Below, piece by piece: positions 8,289-18,121 of a DNA stretch of 64,000 bases. This stretch comes from Candidatus Uhrbacteria bacterium (GTDB lineage Bacteria; Patescibacteriota; Patescibacteriia; UBA9934). A model generated the notes under the pieces. It made no database searches and was not told the origin of the DNA. It saw only the letters and a program-made list of their open reading frames with translations. The DNA lies in assembly GCA_903827265.1 (NCBI GenBank), contig CAIKHN010000004.1, positions 40,067-104,066 on the forward strand, read 5' to 3'. The translations under genes were made by a program, and so were the position numbers. Position 1 is the stretch's first letter. Every line of letters starts with the position of its first letter.

Positions 8289-10740
8289 ACTTCTTTCCCT
8301 TCTCTTTTGCCGCCTTCATTCCTTGGATTTCTTCAACCGCCGCAGTAAACGTTAGCACTTTACCAACAGGAATTCGCGCCGCCTGTTCCTCTGTGAGTCC
8401 ATTTTCCTCGAGCGTCATATTCTTCAATCGGGCAATGCGCGACGCATTCCAGTTCAGTCCCTGCTCGCGCAACATGAGGTGAATAATTTTATAAATCCAC
8501 TCCCCCTTTGCCAGAACGTGCTCCGTATGTCCAACTCGCGGCAGATCACTATACGCCTTTTCTGTCGTGATCAGTGGAGTTTCAATTGCCGGCAAAACGT
8601 TCGAAGAAGCATCGATAGTTAAACGACTATCGCTTCGAAGCTGCTCGCTCGCCGATACTGACACAGACTTCTGCGCTTCGATTCCCGATGTTTTCGGCAC
8701 TGGCTTTCCTTCCATTTCGTCCAACATCGAATCAACAGTGCCCAGGCGCACCGACGTACCAATCTCCAGATGATTCCAATCAACGCCAGGATTTTCCTGA
8801 TCTGCCAGATGCTTCAGCATGAACATCTTCTCATCTGTTGCGCGCATTCCCCTCTCCTGAATGCGTCGCTTCAGCTCACGCCACAACGTATCACCCTTCT
8901 GTGGCACAAAGTCTGACGACGGCTTCTGCACCGCAGCTTCAGCAACTTCATTTTCAGAAGCACTGGTGTCTCCACCAGTATCTTCGATAGCCGTATTTTC
9001 AAGTGCTCCAACAACAATATGTGACGGCTCAGATTCTGTTTCGCCAAATTCATGCAGCGCGACAGCACCGCCAATCGCACCTAAACCGACAGCGCCGGCA
9101 AATAATGCTCGTACTCGTGCGCCAGGACTTCGTAACGTTCTCGAAAACCACGATTCTGGAACCTCAACCTTTCGTGGAAGTTCAGAGATTGCGCCCTCCT
9201 TTGGAAGGATACGACGCTCGTCCTTCTCAACACGCTGAAGAAGCGTTTCCCGAGCACGCTGCAATGACCCGATCTCTTTTCTGTCGCGTGCGACATCAAA
9301 ATCAAGCGACTGCATTGCCGACGCAAACGCCCGCTCAACCGCACTCCGCGAAACATCTTCTGCTCGTAATCCCAAAATTTCTTCTGGCGAGCGATCCGGT
9401 TGCTCCCTGAGAAGCTTTTCGGTCACCTCAAGACGAATTTTGACGTTGAGCAACCGTCGAAGCGCATCGACCCCTGATTCTGGGAGATGTTCTTGGAAGA
9501 GTCGATCAAACTCCGCAATTCGTGCGTCGTTCAGCGGTCCGCGAAGCGTATTCACCGGGCGCTCAAACTCTAAAGCAACACTGTCGAGTTCATCTTCCTC
9601 GATCGCAACAAGCGCATCTCGAAGATCGCAGAGTTCCGAAATGGATACATTCGAATACGTAGATTCAGCTCTTCGACGATCTCGTTCCATTTGCGTAAAA
9701 AGATCCGAACTGACGATATGCTGAATGTGAGGCTCTTGTTCGCGAACAACGCCATCATCGCTTCGATCAGCAAGGGCAATTTTGAGCGGCTCTGGCTTTC
9801 TCGGCCTTGGTGTCGGCTCGTCGTCTGGCGATATTTCTGCAGGTTGCGCCAATCTCACGCCACGGATTTTTGGTTTTAACTGCTTCTGTATCGGTTCGGC
9901 TGGCTCGAGAACACTTACCGAAGGCTCTTTCAACTTCGACTCTTCCTCAGCCTTCCTTCGAGCTTCCTCAATTTCCGCTCGAATAAAACTAAGCTGTTGT
10001 TCTAAGAATTCCTTACGATCTTGCAACTCCTTCTCACGATCTGGTGAAAGCCCCCATCCTAATCGCACCGTATAAAAATCAACCAAAACATCAAGCGTCT
10101 TTGAAGTATCACCGAGTGCCCGACGAAGGAACCACATTTCTTCACGCCGAGAAACAACGTCACGCATGTTGCTTCTGTCGCCGACAAGAGACTGCTCGCA
10201 ATCAATAATCATCTTGCGGATCGACTGTATCCGACGGAGTTCACCATTCTTTTCAAGACGATCACTCTCCGGCTGAACAACGATCGACTGCTCAATAAGA
10301 CTTTCTAAAAAACCAAAAACACGAATCTCTTTCGCCGTCTCTTCAGCCGCACGCGTCGTTGGTGTTTTTCCGATCAATCGATGAACAGTGTCAATCGCGA
10401 TACGTTCTGCAACACGAGCTCGGTCAAGCACTGTTCCTCCCTGCTGCTTCGCGAGATAACGAGCGTGATCAACTTCGGCATGCTGGGTAATTGCAGAACC
10501 AATTGCAGAACGCAGCTCACGCCAAAAACTGTCGTTCATCGATGGATGTTGCGCTCGCAACACATCAAACATCCGAACAGCTTCCGCAGTTTCACGTGCA
10601 AGAACCTCGTTAATTTTCTTTCCCTGACGATCAACGTCAGCACGTCCCTCAGGGGTAATCTTTTTGTCAGAATATCCCTTGATCGGCGAATCGATCGGAC
10701 TTCCTATTTCTAAGCCATCTCTGGACTGCATATTGCGCAC
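8287..10740 (-). CDS. large membrane-anchored protein with cytoplasmic coiled-coil region and two C-terminal LysM-like repeats
   Basis: 817 aa; single TM segment ALFAGAVGLGAIGGAVAL; two LysM-like motifs (KGDTLWRELKRR...; AKGEWIYKIIHLML...NWNASRIARLKNMTLEENGLTEEQAARIPVGKVL). Confidence 0.7.
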   Translation of the reverse strand: MRNMQSRDGLEIGSPIDSPIKGYSDKKITPEGRADVDRQGKKINEVLARETAEAVRMFDVLRAQHPSMNDSFWRELRSAIGSAITQHAEVDHARYLAKQQGGTVLDRARVAERIAIDTVHRLIGKTPTTRAAEETAKEIRVFGFLESLIEQSIVVQPESDRLEKNGELRRIQSIRKMIIDCEQSLVGDRSNMRDVVSRREEMWFLRRALGDTSKTLDVLVDFYTVRLGWGLSPDREKELQDRKEFLEQQLSFIRAEIEEARRKAEEESKLKEPSVSVLEPAEPIQKQLKPKIRGVRLAQPAEISPDDEPTPRPRKPEPLKIALADRSDDGVVREQEPHIQHIVSSDLFTQMERDRRRAESTYSNVSISELCDLRDALVAIEEDELDSVALEFERPVNTLRGPLNDARIAEFDRLFQEHLPESGVDALRRLLNVKIRLEVTEKLLREQPDRSPEEILGLRAEDVSRSAVERAFASAMQSLDFDVARDRKEIGSLQRARETLLQRVEKDERRILPKEGAISELPRKVEVPESWFSRTLRSPGARVRALFAGAVGLGAIGGAVALHEFGETESEPSHIVVGALENTAIEDTGGDTSASENEVAEAAVQKPSSDFVPQKGDTLWRELKRRIQERGMRATDEKMFMLKHLADQENPGVDWNHLEIGTSVRLGTVDSMLDEMEGKPVPKTSGIEAQKSVSVSASEQLRSDSRLTIDASSNVLPAIETPLITTEKAYSDLPRVGHTEHVLAKGEWIYKIIHLMLREQGLNWNASRIARLKNMTLEENGLTEEQAARIPVGKVLTFTAAVEEIQGMKAAKEKGKK

Positions 10741-10755
10741 ATTTTATCACGAATG

Positions 10756-10793
10756 AAAAACACCCGCTGTTTTCCAACAGCGGGTGTTTTATT
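10756..10793 (-). terminator. rho-independent terminator of gyrA
   Basis: CACCCGCTGTT-TTCC-AACAGCGGGTG followed by TTTTATT on the coding strand. Confidence 0.7.
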
Positions 10794-10802
10794 CACGGAG
10801 CA

Positions 10803-13325
10803 TTACTCCTCTTTTTTCTCTGCAGCTCCTGCGACAACAGTCGCTGTTGCAACCATGTCGCCCGCTTGCTTGAATCGCATCACGCGAACGCCCTGTGTTG
10901 CTCGACCAATCACGGAAACAGATGTCACTGATGTGCGGATGATCTGTCCGCCTTGCGACATAATAAGTAAGTCGCGAGTATCTTCCATTCCCGTCACATA
11001 CGCGCACACGAGTTTTCCTGTTTTTGCCGTGATCTGTGCAGTCTTGATTCCAGAGCCTCCACGGCCTTGAATGCCATATTCTTCAATATCTGTTCGCTTG
11101 CCGTAACCGCTTCCCATGATGGTCAGGAGTTGTCGGCCCTCTTTCTGCGCTTCAGCAGAAATCACTTCCATGCCGATAATTTCATCGTCGCCCTTGAGCT
11201 TCATACCTCGAACACCAGCAGCAACGCGACCCATCGCACGAACGTCGTCTTCGTTAAACCGAATCGACATACCGTTCATTGTTGCCAGCATCACCTGGTC
11301 TTTTCCGGTCGATGTTCGCACCCACTGTAAGTTGTCGCCGTCGTTCAACTTGATTGCAATCAACCCGGACTTGCGGACATTTTCAAAGTCTTCAAGCTTC
11401 GTCTTCTTGATGGTTCCGCGATTCGTCACCATCATGATGAATTTTGCGCCGAGTTGCTTCTTGAGGTTTCCAACAAGCACCGATGAGACTTTTTCGCCAG
11501 GACCAAGTTCAAGGAAGTTCACGATTGCCTGACCTTTTGCTGTGCGCGATGCTTCCGGAATTTCGTATGCCTTCAAACGGAACACTCGACCACGTGACGT
11601 AAAGAACATCATGTCATCATGCGTTGTCGCAGAGTAGATTGCCTCAACCGCGTCTTCTTCCTTCGTCGTGAGTCCAATAACACCCTTTCCGCCGCGACCT
11701 TGCTGCGTGAATGTATCTGGCGCCAAGCGTTTAATGTAGCCATCCTTTGTCATCATGACAACCGCCGGGACGTCAGCAATAATGTCTTCCATTGAGAACT
11801 CTTTCACGCCAGCCTTCACGATCTTGGTTCGACGATCATCGCCAAACTTTTCTGCAAGCTGCACAAGCTCTTCGCGCAACACAGCAAGCAACTTCTTTTC
11901 GCTCTTCAAAATCGCCTCAAGCGCTTCCTTGATCTTCATCTTCTCGGCGTATTCCTGCTCAATACGCAATTGTTCAAGGTTCGCCAATGCCTGCAGGCGC
12001 ATTTCCAAAATGGCAATCGCCTGGCGCTCGCTCATCGAGAACTGCTTCATCAAATTCAACCGTGCTTCATCTTTGTCCTTCGACTTCTTGATGGTCGCGA
12101 TCACTTTGTCGATGTTTGCAAGCGCAATACGCAAGCCGTCCAAAATATGCAAACGGTCGTCGATGCGCGCCAAGTCGTATTCCGTGCGACGCTTCACCAC
12201 CTCTTTGCGATGTTTAATGTGCTCTTCCAAAATTTGCTTCACGTTTAACACGCGAGGCTGAATACCATCAACGAGCGCGAGCATGTTGTAATGGAAGGTG
12301 GTCTGCAGCTGCGTTGCCTGATACAACCGGTTCAACACTTTTCGTGGGTATGCGTCTTTCTTCAACTCGATAACAATACGAACACCTTCCTTGTTCGACT
12401 CATCGCGAATGTCGCGAATACCCTCGAGTTTCTTCTCGCGTACAAGATCGGCGATTTTTTCAATAAGCGTGCTCTTGTTCACCAAATATGGAATTTCCGA
12501 AACAATAATCGACGACGCATCCTTCTTACCTTCAACAATATCGACCTTCGCTCTCACCACCACTCCCCCACGACCCGTTGCATATGCTGCACGTAAATCA
12601 TTCGCACCGTACACAATACCGCCCGTTGGAAAATCTGGACCAGGCATCACCTCAACAATCTCATCGATAGACGTGTCTGGATTGTCGATGAGTTTCAAAA
12701 TTGCGGTACTAATTTCCTTCACATTGTGTGGAGGAATGTTCGTCGCCATACCCACAGCAATACCAATCATGCCGTTCAATAACAAGTTTGGGAGTTTTGC
12801 TGGGAGCACTGCTGGTTCATCGTGACTACCGTCGTAGTTTGGCGTGAAATTCACCGTGTTCTTTTCAATGTCGATGAGCATCTCTTCCGCAATTGGCGAA
12901 AGCTTCGCCTCGGTATAACGATACGCAGCAGCGCCGTCGCCATCCATAGAACCGAAGTTTCCCTGTCCCGTTACGAGCGGGTAACGGAACGAGAAGTCCT
13001 GCGCCATACGCACCATGGAGTCATACACGGAAATATCGCCGTGTGGGTGATATTTACCAAGCACTTCTCCGACGATGGTTGCAGACTTTCGGAACTTTGC
13101 ATTTGCACGAAGGCCGATGTCCCACATCGCGTACAAAATACGACGGTGCACCGGTTTCATGCCGTCACGAACGTCTGGCAATGCGCGAGCCACAATAACC
13201 GACATCGCGTAGTCCAAGTACGCATGTCGCATTTCTTCGGTGATGCTCTGCTGAATGAGTCCGCCGACCGGCACAAGACCTGGATCTTCTGGAAGGACTT
13301 CAACGGATTCGTTTGCTTTTGCCAT
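10803..13325 (-). CDS. gyrA: DNA gyrase subunit A
   Basis: 840 aa; [10 protein letters not shown] active-site Tyr region, [14 protein letters not shown]-terminal beta-pinwheel repeats. Confidence 0.95.
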   Translation of the reverse strand: MAKANESVEVLPEDPGLVPVGGLIQQSITEEMRHAYLDYAMSVIVARALPDVRDGMKPVHRRILYAMWDIGLRANAKFRKSATIVGEVLGKYHPHGDISVYDSMVRMAQDFSFRYPLVTGQGNFGSMDGDGAAAYRYTEAKLSPIAEEMLIDIEKNTVNFTPNYDGSHDEPAVLPAKLPNLLLNGMIGIAVGMATNIPPHNVKEISTAILKLIDNPDTSIDEIVEVMPGPDFPTGGIVYGANDLRAAYATGRGGVVVRAKVDIVEGKKDASSIIVSEIPYLVNKSTLIEKIADLVREKKLEGIRDIRDESNKEGVRIVIELKKDAYPRKVLNRLYQATQLQTTFHYNMLALVDGIQPRVLNVKQILEEHIKHRKEVVKRRTEYDLARIDDRLHILDGLRIALANIDKVIATIKKSKDKDEARLNLMKQFSMSERQAIAILEMRLQALANLEQLRIEQEYAEKMKIKEALEAILKSEKKLLAVLREELVQLAEKFGDDRRTKIVKAGVKEFSMEDIIADVPAVVMMTKDGYIKRLAPDTFTQQGRGGKGVIGLTTKEEDAVEAIYSATTHDDMMFFTSRGRVFRLKAYEIPEASRTAKGQAIVNFLELGPGEKVSSVLVGNLKKQLGAKFIMMVTNRGTIKKTKLEDFENVRKSGLIAIKLNDGDNLQWVRTSTGKDQVMLATMNGMSIRFNEDDVRAMGRVAAGVRGMKLKGDDEIIGMEVISAEAQKEGRQLLTIMGSGYGKRTDIEEYGIQGRGGSGIKTAQITAKTGKLVCAYVTGMEDTRDLLIMSQGGQIIRTSVTSVSVIGRATQGVRVMRFKQAGDMVATATVVAGAAEKKEE

Positions 13326-13330
13326 ACAAT

Positions 13331-13570
13331 TTAATTTGAGATTGGTGGAAATGCACTTGCCGGAGGAATAACGGAACTCACACCTGTCTGAACCGCGTGC
13401 AAGAAGTCAACGGCGTCGGCAGTAATTCCACGCGTTCGCTCACGAGTCCATGTCATTCGTATTTGTATCACTGCACCAAGGAGTAGCACGGCCGCAATCG
13501 CCACAATGGTCCACGCCTTTTTCCCGGCAAGGAATCGTCGTTTTGGAATGACGATGCGCGGCGTCTCCAT
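13331..13570 (-). CDS. small membrane protein (79 aa)
   Basis: single TM helix [14 protein letters not shown]; tightly packed between gyrA and the MBL hydrolase gene on the same strand (gaps of 5 and 3 nt). Confidence 0.45.
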   Translation of the reverse strand: METPRIVIPKRRFLAGKKAWTIVAIAAVLLLGAVIQIRMTWTRERTRGITADAVDFLHAVQTGVSSVIPPASAFPPISN

Positions 13571-13573
13571 ACG

Positions 13574-14224
13574 TTACCCTCGCGTCAGCACCACAACAGC
13601 CATGTCTTCTTCCGGAAGGCCTGAACGAATAATTTTATATTTGCTTACCGTTTCTGCTGGCGCGCCAATTTCACGAATGAATGCAGCGCTTTCCGCAAAA
13701 CCATCACCCTCAAATGCGTTCACATATATTGGAATAACCACGCGCGGTTCGATTTGCGTCACGAGCTCCGCCGCAGCTGACGCACCAAGCACGCTCCCTC
13801 CGCCTGCTGGAACCAACAAAATATCCACAGCGCCAAGCGTCTCCTGTTCTTTTGTCGTCAACGCGCGATCGATGGCGCCCAGAAAACCAATATGCATTCC
13901 TTCAACATCGAAACGATAGATAGTGTGCGGTGTGCCGTCTTTTTTTGGCGCAGAGATTCCCGTCGCGAACAATCCGCGAACCTCATACTCGCCGGCGTGA
14001 TCGACGACGAATGGCGTTTTGCCGCCATCGTGTTCGATGATAATCGCATCAGTGTTTCCAGTTGAATCATCAAGGTGCGTTCGAACAATCATCGATGCTT
14101 CAATCTGCTTTGGAAACTTCATTGCACCTTCCGCAAAAAACGGATTCGTCACCAATGACACTTCTGTTTGACCAGGCTTTGCCGTGAGCACAATGCTTCC
14201 CGCACCATTCCAGGTAATATTCAT
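13574..14224 (-). CDS. MBL-fold metal-dependent hydrolase (UPF0173-like)
   Basis: metallo-beta-lactamase fold motifs (HLDDSTGN..., DILLVPAGGG); ORF opens at 14290 but MNITWNG is the likely start. Confidence 0.7.
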   Translation of the reverse strand: MNITWNGAGSIVLTAKPGQTEVSLVTNPFFAEGAMKFPKQIEASMIVRTHLDDSTGNTDAIIIEHDGGKTPFVVDHAGEYEVRGLFATGISAPKKDGTPHTIYRFDVEGMHIGFLGAIDRALTTKEQETLGAVDILLVPAGGGSVLGASAAAELVTQIEPRVVIPIYVNAFEGDGFAESAAFIREIGAPAETVSKYKIIRSGLPEEDMAVVVLTRG

Positions 14225-14258
14225 AATCGGCTCGAATTCGGGACTACGGTAACATATC

Positions 14259-14954
14259 TTATTCCGTCGCGCTATCTTCGTCGTCCTCACTCAGTACACC
14301 GGTCCAATAGGTAATTTCTTTCTGAACGTCATCGACTGTTGGATCGACTTCCACCATCGACCATCCATTCTCGAATTGCTGCACGCGAGCCAAAATATCA
14401 TCGCGATATTCCGGGTCGCGATCCGCCATGCCGCGCAACACTTCAATCATTTGCTGAATATGCTCTTGCGTTGCCGTCCATCGTGCGACTAATTCATCGT
14501 ATGTTCCCCGTCGAGCCGCAGCACGTTCATCGCATTGTCTATCGAGTACATCGTGTGCAGCATGAATCTCACGATCAACCTGCGAACGGTCGTCGTCAGA
14601 GAGCAACGCTTCAAATTGCGAGCTCTTCACAAAATCTAAAATGTGCACGCCGTATTTTACGACCGGTTCCATCTTTACCTTTACAGATTCATCGAGTTTT
14701 CCAAGGACAAGCTCTTGCAATCGCGCTTCCTCGTCACCGGCGCACAACTCCTGATACGCCTTGCGATACGGAAACTCTTTCTTTCCAACATACACTAATG
14801 CCTGACGAATCTGCTCGGCAGTTGAAGATTCATTCTCCGCCAAATCGTCGGCAAGTTGCATCGCTTCGTCACGTATTGTTTTTGGCGTTAATGGAACAAG
14901 TTGCGCCACCGCCTTCCGGAAATCCTGGATCATTTCTTCATTTGGATGTGCCAT
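14259..14954 (-). CDS. hypothetical acidic protein
   Basis: 231 aa from Met at 14954 (ORF opens at 15011); protein-like composition, no recognised family. Confidence 0.55.
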   Translation of the reverse strand: MAHPNEEMIQDFRKAVAQLVPLTPKTIRDEAMQLADDLAENESSTAEQIRQALVYVGKKEFPYRKAYQELCAGDEEARLQELVLGKLDESVKVKMEPVVKYGVHILDFVKSSQFEALLSDDDRSQVDREIHAAHDVLDRQCDERAAARRGTYDELVARWTATQEHIQQMIEVLRGMADRDPEYRDDILARVQQFENGWSMVEVDPTVDDVQKEITYWTGVLSEDDEDSATE

Positions 14955-15464
14955 AGTGGCTGTAGTGTAACGACATCGCAATAAAAAAGGCAGAACTACT
15001 GTGGAGAACACGGAGTCTGGACTGATTCTTTGGAGGCGTTGTGGCGAAATGAAACGAACGGGAGTACGAGGTGCTGCGATGGAAAACGATACCCTCGTTT
15101 TTTGAGGTTTTAAAACTGATCTGCAGAAAGCGATCTGATCCTAAATCGAGAAAAAGCGAGATCGATTTCGAAAATGCGCAATCGCCGATCGTAGGCGACG
15201 CTATCGCCGACCTCGCAGATCTCTGCAATCGACCAGCGTTTTCTAAATGCAACTCGGTTGCGTTAGCAAAGCACCCCATTTGAAATTGAGTACCCCCAAG
15301 CTCGCCGATGATGCCAAAAAATTAGACCCCCCTCCAACTCCCCCTTAAAAAAGGGAGAGCTTTCACCACCTCGTCACAACCCACTCCAAAGATCAGTTCA
15401 GTTGTATTTCTGTAAACGCGAAGACCCACCCCGTTGCGCTGGGTGGGTCTTCAATGCTCAGAGA

Positions 15465-15692
15465 CTAGTACGACCCCTGCCGCTGCATTCGTTCTAATCG
15501 TGTGACGCGGATGTTCAACCGATCGATTTGCGGCAACACGCCGTCATTGATCACTTCGATGATGTCGTTGCGGACAGAGCGAAGCTCTTTTTGGAGCAGC
15601 GTCTCCACTCGACCCATTATCCTATCCTCAAGAATCACATTATTCTCCGCGAACATCTCACGCAGTACCTGAATATCCTGTGTATCAAGCAT
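15465..15692 (-). CDS. hypothetical small protein (about 75 aa)
   Basis: ORF with strong hairpin (GAAGACCCACCC-loop-GGGTGGGTCTTC, 15416-15448) just downstream of its stop. Confidence 0.4.
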   Translation of the reverse strand: MLDTQDIQVLREMFAENNVILEDRIMGRVETLLQKELRSVRNDIIEVINDGVLPQIDRLNIRVTRLERMQRQGSY

Positions 15693-15799
15693 AAAGAAAT
15701 ATGCTACGCAGACCACATGGACGATCCCTCCACGCCTCAAGGCTACGGGTATAAACAACAGTCACCGGGGATTGTTCCCATCGTATCAAAATACTCTCG

Positions 15800-16267
15800 C
15801 TATGTCGCATCCGATTTCCCCATCCCAAAGTACTGTTTCATAATCGCGCGATACATGTCGCCACGGCCGACGATACCGACAAGAACATCGTGCTCAACGA
15901 CGGGAATGTGATGAATCCCAGATGACACCATAAGTGCGCCAACTTTGAGAATCGGCGTGTGCGGCTCTGCAGTAATTACTCGTGTGCTCATCACGTCTAC
16001 TACTTTCTTCCCCATCGCGTCTGCCGCATGGTGCTCCATTACATCAAAATCGAGGTAATTCTCCGGGGACTGCACCCAATCCTTAAAACTCGGGAACAGC
16101 CCACGGAACAGATCTTTCTCACTCAAAATTCCCACTAAATGACCGGAATCGTCTACCACCGGCGCAGCAGAAATGCCACGAGCCAGGAGGAGTTCGGCGG
16201 CTTCCCGCCAACTGAGCGACGGCGATACCGTAACCACATCGGTCTTCATCAATTCTCCAACAATCAT
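15800..16267 (-). CDS. CBS-pair domain protein
   Basis: two CBS motifs (VVTVSP...AAPVVDDSGHLVGILSEKDL; HHIPVVEHDVLVGIVGRGDM). Confidence 0.8.
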   Translation of the reverse strand: MIVGELMKTDVVTVSPSLSWREAAELLLARGISAAPVVDDSGHLVGILSEKDLFRGLFPSFKDWVQSPENYLDFDVMEHHAADAMGKKVVDVMSTRVITAEPHTPILKVGALMVSSGIHHIPVVEHDVLVGIVGRGDMYRAIMKQYFGMGKSDAT

Positions 16268-16443
16268 AGGACATTGGGTAAGATGATTCTTATGTTATGT
16301 ATATCACAATCGGATTCCCTTTGCCCACGACACAAAACTTGCTGATTTTCGCAAAGTCCTGTACTCTTTTGCCACTTCTTCATTCTTAGCCCCTGAGCGC
16401 CTACCGGCTATTTGGCCCGTAGCTCGATCAGGATATTTTCTTT

Positions 16444-17595
16444 ATGAAAGAAGCGAAAAAGGTAGCGGTAGCAACATCAAGCAAGCTCGACGAGCTCTTG
16501 AAGGAAGAGGGGCTGTTCGTTATTCCAAAGGTTGGCGACACCATTAAGGGCAAAGTGCTCTCCACAAAGGGACGCGAAATTCGCATCGACATCCTTGGAC
16601 TTACCACCGGTGTCGTGCGCGGCCGTGAGCTCTACGCAGAAGCCGAAGCTTACAAGAACCTCAAAGACGGCGACGAAGTTGAGGCAACAGTGGTCGACAT
16701 GGAAAACGAGAATGGTGAAGTCGAACTCTCATTCCGTTACGCTGGTCAGCAGCGCGCATGGAAGGATTTGAGCGAGCTCTCAACCTCTGGCGAACCAATT
16801 CCAGTAAAGGTATTGGACGCAAACAAGGGCGGACTCATCGTTCGCGTGAACCACGTGCAAGGATTCTTGCCAGTGTCACAGCTTGCTCCAGAACACTACC
16901 CACGTGTTGCAGGCGGCGATAAGCAGAAAATCTTCGAGAAGCTCCGCAGCTTTATTGGCGAAACCATGCGCGTTCGCGTATTGGACGTCCATGAGGACGA
17001 CGGCAAGCTCATCGTGTCTGAAAAGGCAGTGTGGGAGGAAGAGCAGAAGAACATCATTGCGCAATGCCGCGTTGGCGACATCGTTGCCGGCGACGTCTCT
17101 GCGGTTGCAGACTTCGGCGCATTCGTGAAGTTCTTCCCAACCGGAAGCACCACACCGCTTGAAGGCTTGGTTCATATCTCGGAAATTGCATGGCAGCGAA
17201 TCGACCACCCACGCGATGTCCTCAAGATGAACGACAACGTTCGCGCAGAAATCATCGGTATTGAAGGAAGCAAAATCTTCTTGTCCATCAAGAAGCTTAC
17301 GGAAGATCCTTGGAAGACCGTTGCAAAGCGCTACAAGGTTGGTAGCTGGGTTGAAGGAAAAATCATCAAAGTAAACCCATTCGGATTCTTCGTTGAACTC
17401 GACGCCGATATCCAAGGTCTTGCTCACGTTTCCGAACTTTCCGACAAAGCCGTGGAAGACCCAACAAAGTTGGCAAAACCAGGCGACGTCATGAAGTTCC
17501 GTATCGTGTCTGTTGAACCAGATGAACATCGCCTCGGCCTTTCCCTCAAGGAAGAAGGTGCAGCAAAGGCAGAAAAAACAGAGAGCAAAGCGTAA
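16444..17595 (+). CDS. rpsA: 30S ribosomal protein S1 (short, four S1 domains)
   Basis: repeated S1 OB-fold motifs (GxV.G.V..v..fGaFV); 383 aa. Confidence 0.9.
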   Translation: MKEAKKVAVATSSKLDELLKEEGLFVIPKVGDTIKGKVLSTKGREIRIDILGLTTGVVRGRELYAEAEAYKNLKDGDEVEATVVDMENENGEVELSFRYAGQQRAWKDLSELSTSGEPIPVKVLDANKGGLIVRVNHVQGFLPVSQLAPEHYPRVAGGDKQKIFEKLRSFIGETMRVRVLDVHEDDGKLIVSEKAVWEEEQKNIIAQCRVGDIVAGDVSAVADFGAFVKFFPTGSTTPLEGLVHISEIAWQRIDHPRDVLKMNDNVRAEIIGIEGSKIFLSIKKLTEDPWKTVAKRYKVGSWVEGKIIKVNPFGFFVELDADIQGLAHVSELSDKAVEDPTKLAKPGDVMKFRIVSVEPDEHRLGLSLKEEGAAKAEKTESKA

Positions 17596-17612
17596 TCATT
17601 CGCTGAGTTCTA

Positions 17613-17642
17613 AAAAAACCGCCAACTCTGGCGGTTTTTTTA
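17613..17642 (+). terminator. rho-independent terminator of rpsA
   Basis: AAACCGCCAACTCTGGCGGTTTTTTT. Confidence 0.8.
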
Positions 17643-17683
17643 TACGCGTAATTCACAAGATACACTTGTACCCGGAGGCAACC

Positions 17684-18025
17684 ATGCCCGCAGACGCACT
17701 CGAAGATCTCTTGGTACAGCACATGCACATACGTCATGCGCGGATTAGTGCAGACGTCGCTCTCGCGCTACGGATTCTCAAAAGGTGTGAAACGCCAATT
17801 CGAGAACGTGAGCTCGCAGAATCTGTCCGGCACAACAAAGGCGAATCAGGCAATGAAGGCTTCACACGCTTCCGAAGCGCGCTCTACTGGCTCATGCATC
17901 ACAGAGTCCTTGAGCATTGCATCCACGAACGCTTGCTCAAAATCCGTCTACGGGAACAAACAGTAGACCCGCTTGGGTCGCGGATTCTTGCAATGCTCTA
18001 CGAATCAACGCCGAGTGAGGAGTAA
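17684..18025 (+). CDS. hypothetical protein (113 aa), moderately GC-rich
   Basis: ATG at 17684 preceded by GGAGG 8 nt upstream; followed by GC hairpin with CCGTTTGCATTTTGA tail. Confidence 0.5.
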   Translation: MPADALEDLLVQHMHIRHARISADVALALRILKRCETPIRERELAESVRHNKGESGNEGFTRFRSALYWLMHHRVLEHCIHERLLKIRLREQTVDPLGSRILAMLYESTPSEE

Positions 18026-18036
18026 TCGAACGAACA

Positions 18037-18075
18037 GGGCCGCCCAACGCCATGGGTGGCCCGTTTGCATTTTGA
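18037..18075 (+). terminator. terminator hairpin GGGCCGCCCA-ACGCCA-TGGGTGGCCC + GTTTGCATTTTGA
   Basis: 10-bp GC stem then T-rich tail. Confidence 0.6.
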
Positions 18076-18121
18076 CGATTTTTCTGGCACAATCTTTCAG
18101 AATTGATGCATCATTTTTCCT

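Noticed and set aside
15012-15464. tmRNA or RNase P RNA in the 450-nt gap
   Set aside because: I could not find the tRNA-like 3' end (GGUUCGA..CCA), a resume-codon/tag frame, or the RNase P P4/GGAAAGUCCGGGCUCC signatures on either strand. It is kept only as a low-interest finding.
18070-18121. Sigma-54-like TGGCAC-N5-TTCAG upstream of ftsH
   Set aside because: It matches only the -24 half well. CPR genomes generally lack rpoN, and a TTGACG -35 is also present, so I have no confidence in a sigma-54 assignment.
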